The notes under the pieces are model-generated. The model was not told the origin of the DNA and searched no databases. It saw only the letters and a program-made list of their open reading frames with translations. From Catajapyx aquilonaris (lineage: Eukaryota), in the NCBI GenBank assembly GCA_000934665.2, contig KZ538501.1:45676-65675 (forward strand): DNA of 20,000 nucleotides. Direction: 5' to 3'. Position 1 is the first letter of the stretch, and each line of letters starts with the position of its first letter. Positions 18,282 through 20,000 of the stretch are shown here, piece after piece. A program made the translations under genes and the position numbers.

Positions 18282-20000
18282 GGGTAATTCCATGTGAGAT
18301 CACCCAAAGATTCACCCCCTCTATTTTTTAATAAAACTGAAAATTGGAATATGAACTTACACCATAACAATGAAATATAACATATACATTCTTGAATCTT
18401 GGGGTCAATAGTTCACAAGTTACAAGCAAATGAAAAATTCCAAAAACCGAATACACGTGTTTCGAAATGGATTTATTCCTGAATAGTTATTTATCTTACC
18501 TTAATTATTTTAGTGTCAAATTTTTAGGAAAGGGAACTACTTTGCAATCTATATTTTAAATTTTTTAAAAGCTATGTTTCAAAACATTTTTATGTGATTG
18601 AAAATCCATGACCTTTGACATTTCAAAAACTGTATTTTGGAAAATTACGGAAAAATGTACAATGACACTACAGACATATATCTAACTTGCCCATAAATTT
18701 AAACGAACAATTTTGCTTCGTTTTTGAGATAAAAAATCTAATCGATAATGATGTACTGCCAGGCTACCGACTGACCTCCAGTATTGAGTGCTTCTGCTTC
18801 TGCATATCACTTACCCATAACTGTTCAAATACTTCTAATGTCAATTAAAGCCGTGGAATACATTTTACCATACGAGTACATTACACACGTGAGTTTTAAA
18901 AAATCACAGAACACATTATATGTCAGTAGTTTACGTGTTAAGTAACCCAAAAATTCCAACAGCAAGTGACTGTGAGTGGATTTTTTTTTTGCATCATGCC
19001 ATGGGAAGGGGCCATGTGAAGGAATTGGAGGGACAGTCAAAAGGATGACGGCCCGAGTGAGTCTGCATCGGCCCACCCACAATCAAATTGTGACAGCACA
19101 AGACATGTACGCCTTCTGTCAGTCCACATCATGCAGCATCCACTTTATTTTTGTATGCAATGAAGACGTCCACTGGTCCAGGCAACGAAAAAAAAAGTTG
19201 CACCCAAGAACTGAAGCAGCCTGTCACTATTACGGGAACTCAGAAACTACATATATTTATACCAACAACTAGGACTCAAATGAGGGTGCATTTTCTCTAT
19301 GCCATCAACACCTCCAGGCTGGTGCAGCAGGTGAGCAAGAATAACACCCAAGCAGCAGCAGAAGAGGAAGAAAAGGTTACTTATGGTGTCGGATCATTCG
19401 TCGCATGCGTTGCAGATGAAAAGGTGTTCTTCAAAGGCCAGATTTCTGATGTGTCGACTGAGTTTGGGGACTACTATGTCAATATGATGCAGCTGCAGCA
19501 AGAGAGTGGTCATAACTACTGCTGGCCTCCAGGGGAAGACAGATGCTGGGTGTCAGTGCACAAAATCCTCTGCTCGTCTGTGCAGTGTAAATTCGACAAA
19601 GTGACGGGAATTTACAATTTGACTGTGCAGGACATTGAAAAAATTGAAGATCAACTCCAACATCGTGACAAGTAGTGACCGGGGGTAAGAGACTATATAA
19701 CTTGAAATATTCCGATGCCTTCCTGTACTTCCTTTGTTCTCAAATTTTAACTACCTTAGTGTTGCAGTTACAATAGTCTACATACTGTAGTTGAAGCTAA
19801 TGCAAGGTTTCACTTATGTTAATGTGCTGAGGAAGGAAGAAAGGTTCATAGTTGAAAATGATGTTCACCTGCTGTTGGAATTTTTTGGTTACTTAACACG
19901 TGAACTACTGACATATAATGTGTGTTCTGTGATTTTTTTAAACTCACGTGTGTAATGTACTCGTATGGTAAAATGTATTCCACGGCTTTAATTGACATTA
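18282..20000 (+). mobile_element. Internally deleted long-TIR DNA transposon (Sola2-like), extends beyond window
   Basis: 18836-18969 is nearly perfectly inverted at 19865-20000 and the match runs to the window edge. The probable left terminus GGGTAATTCCATG at 18282 is inferred. A transposase fragment lies between the arms. Confidence 0.78.
18976..19675 (+). pseudogene. C-terminal fragment of a Sola2-type DDD transposase
   Basis: FFASCHGKGPCEGIGGTVKR matches the HGKGxCDGxGG third-acidic-residue motif. Frameshift near the A-run at ~19190. C-terminal GSFVAC..WP..D.CWV domain. The N-terminal part is absent. Confidence 0.8.

Overview
Eukaryotic genomic DNA, probably arthropod and most likely insect (inferred from the tRNA-derived SINEs and a Lep1-type Helitron). 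I found no intact protein-coding gene and no prokaryotic features. The backbone is an intron-containing, frameshifted exportin-6 (XPO6) pseudogene on the + strand, with exon remnants at ~788-993, ~2864-3090, 3146-3289, 13498-13977 and 14766-14861. One of its introns (3290-13497) is 10.2 kb and is almost wholly inserted DNA: SINEs, a foldback element, two copies of a GG-ended DNA transposon with 8-bp target-site duplications (TSDs; Merlin-like), two tandem 5'-truncated APE-RT LINEs, and a ~3 kb block of unidentified, decayed, divergently oriented genes with a mini-intron. That block is the best candidate for something undescribed (possible endogenous virus or large-element cargo). Downstream lie a decayed LRR-protein exon (- strand), a gag-like remnant hit by two young inverted SINEs, and an internally deleted long-TIR Sola2-like transposon running off the right edge. 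Family names and protein alignments come from motifs I recognise by eye, not from database searches. I see no firm evidence for a new functional system.
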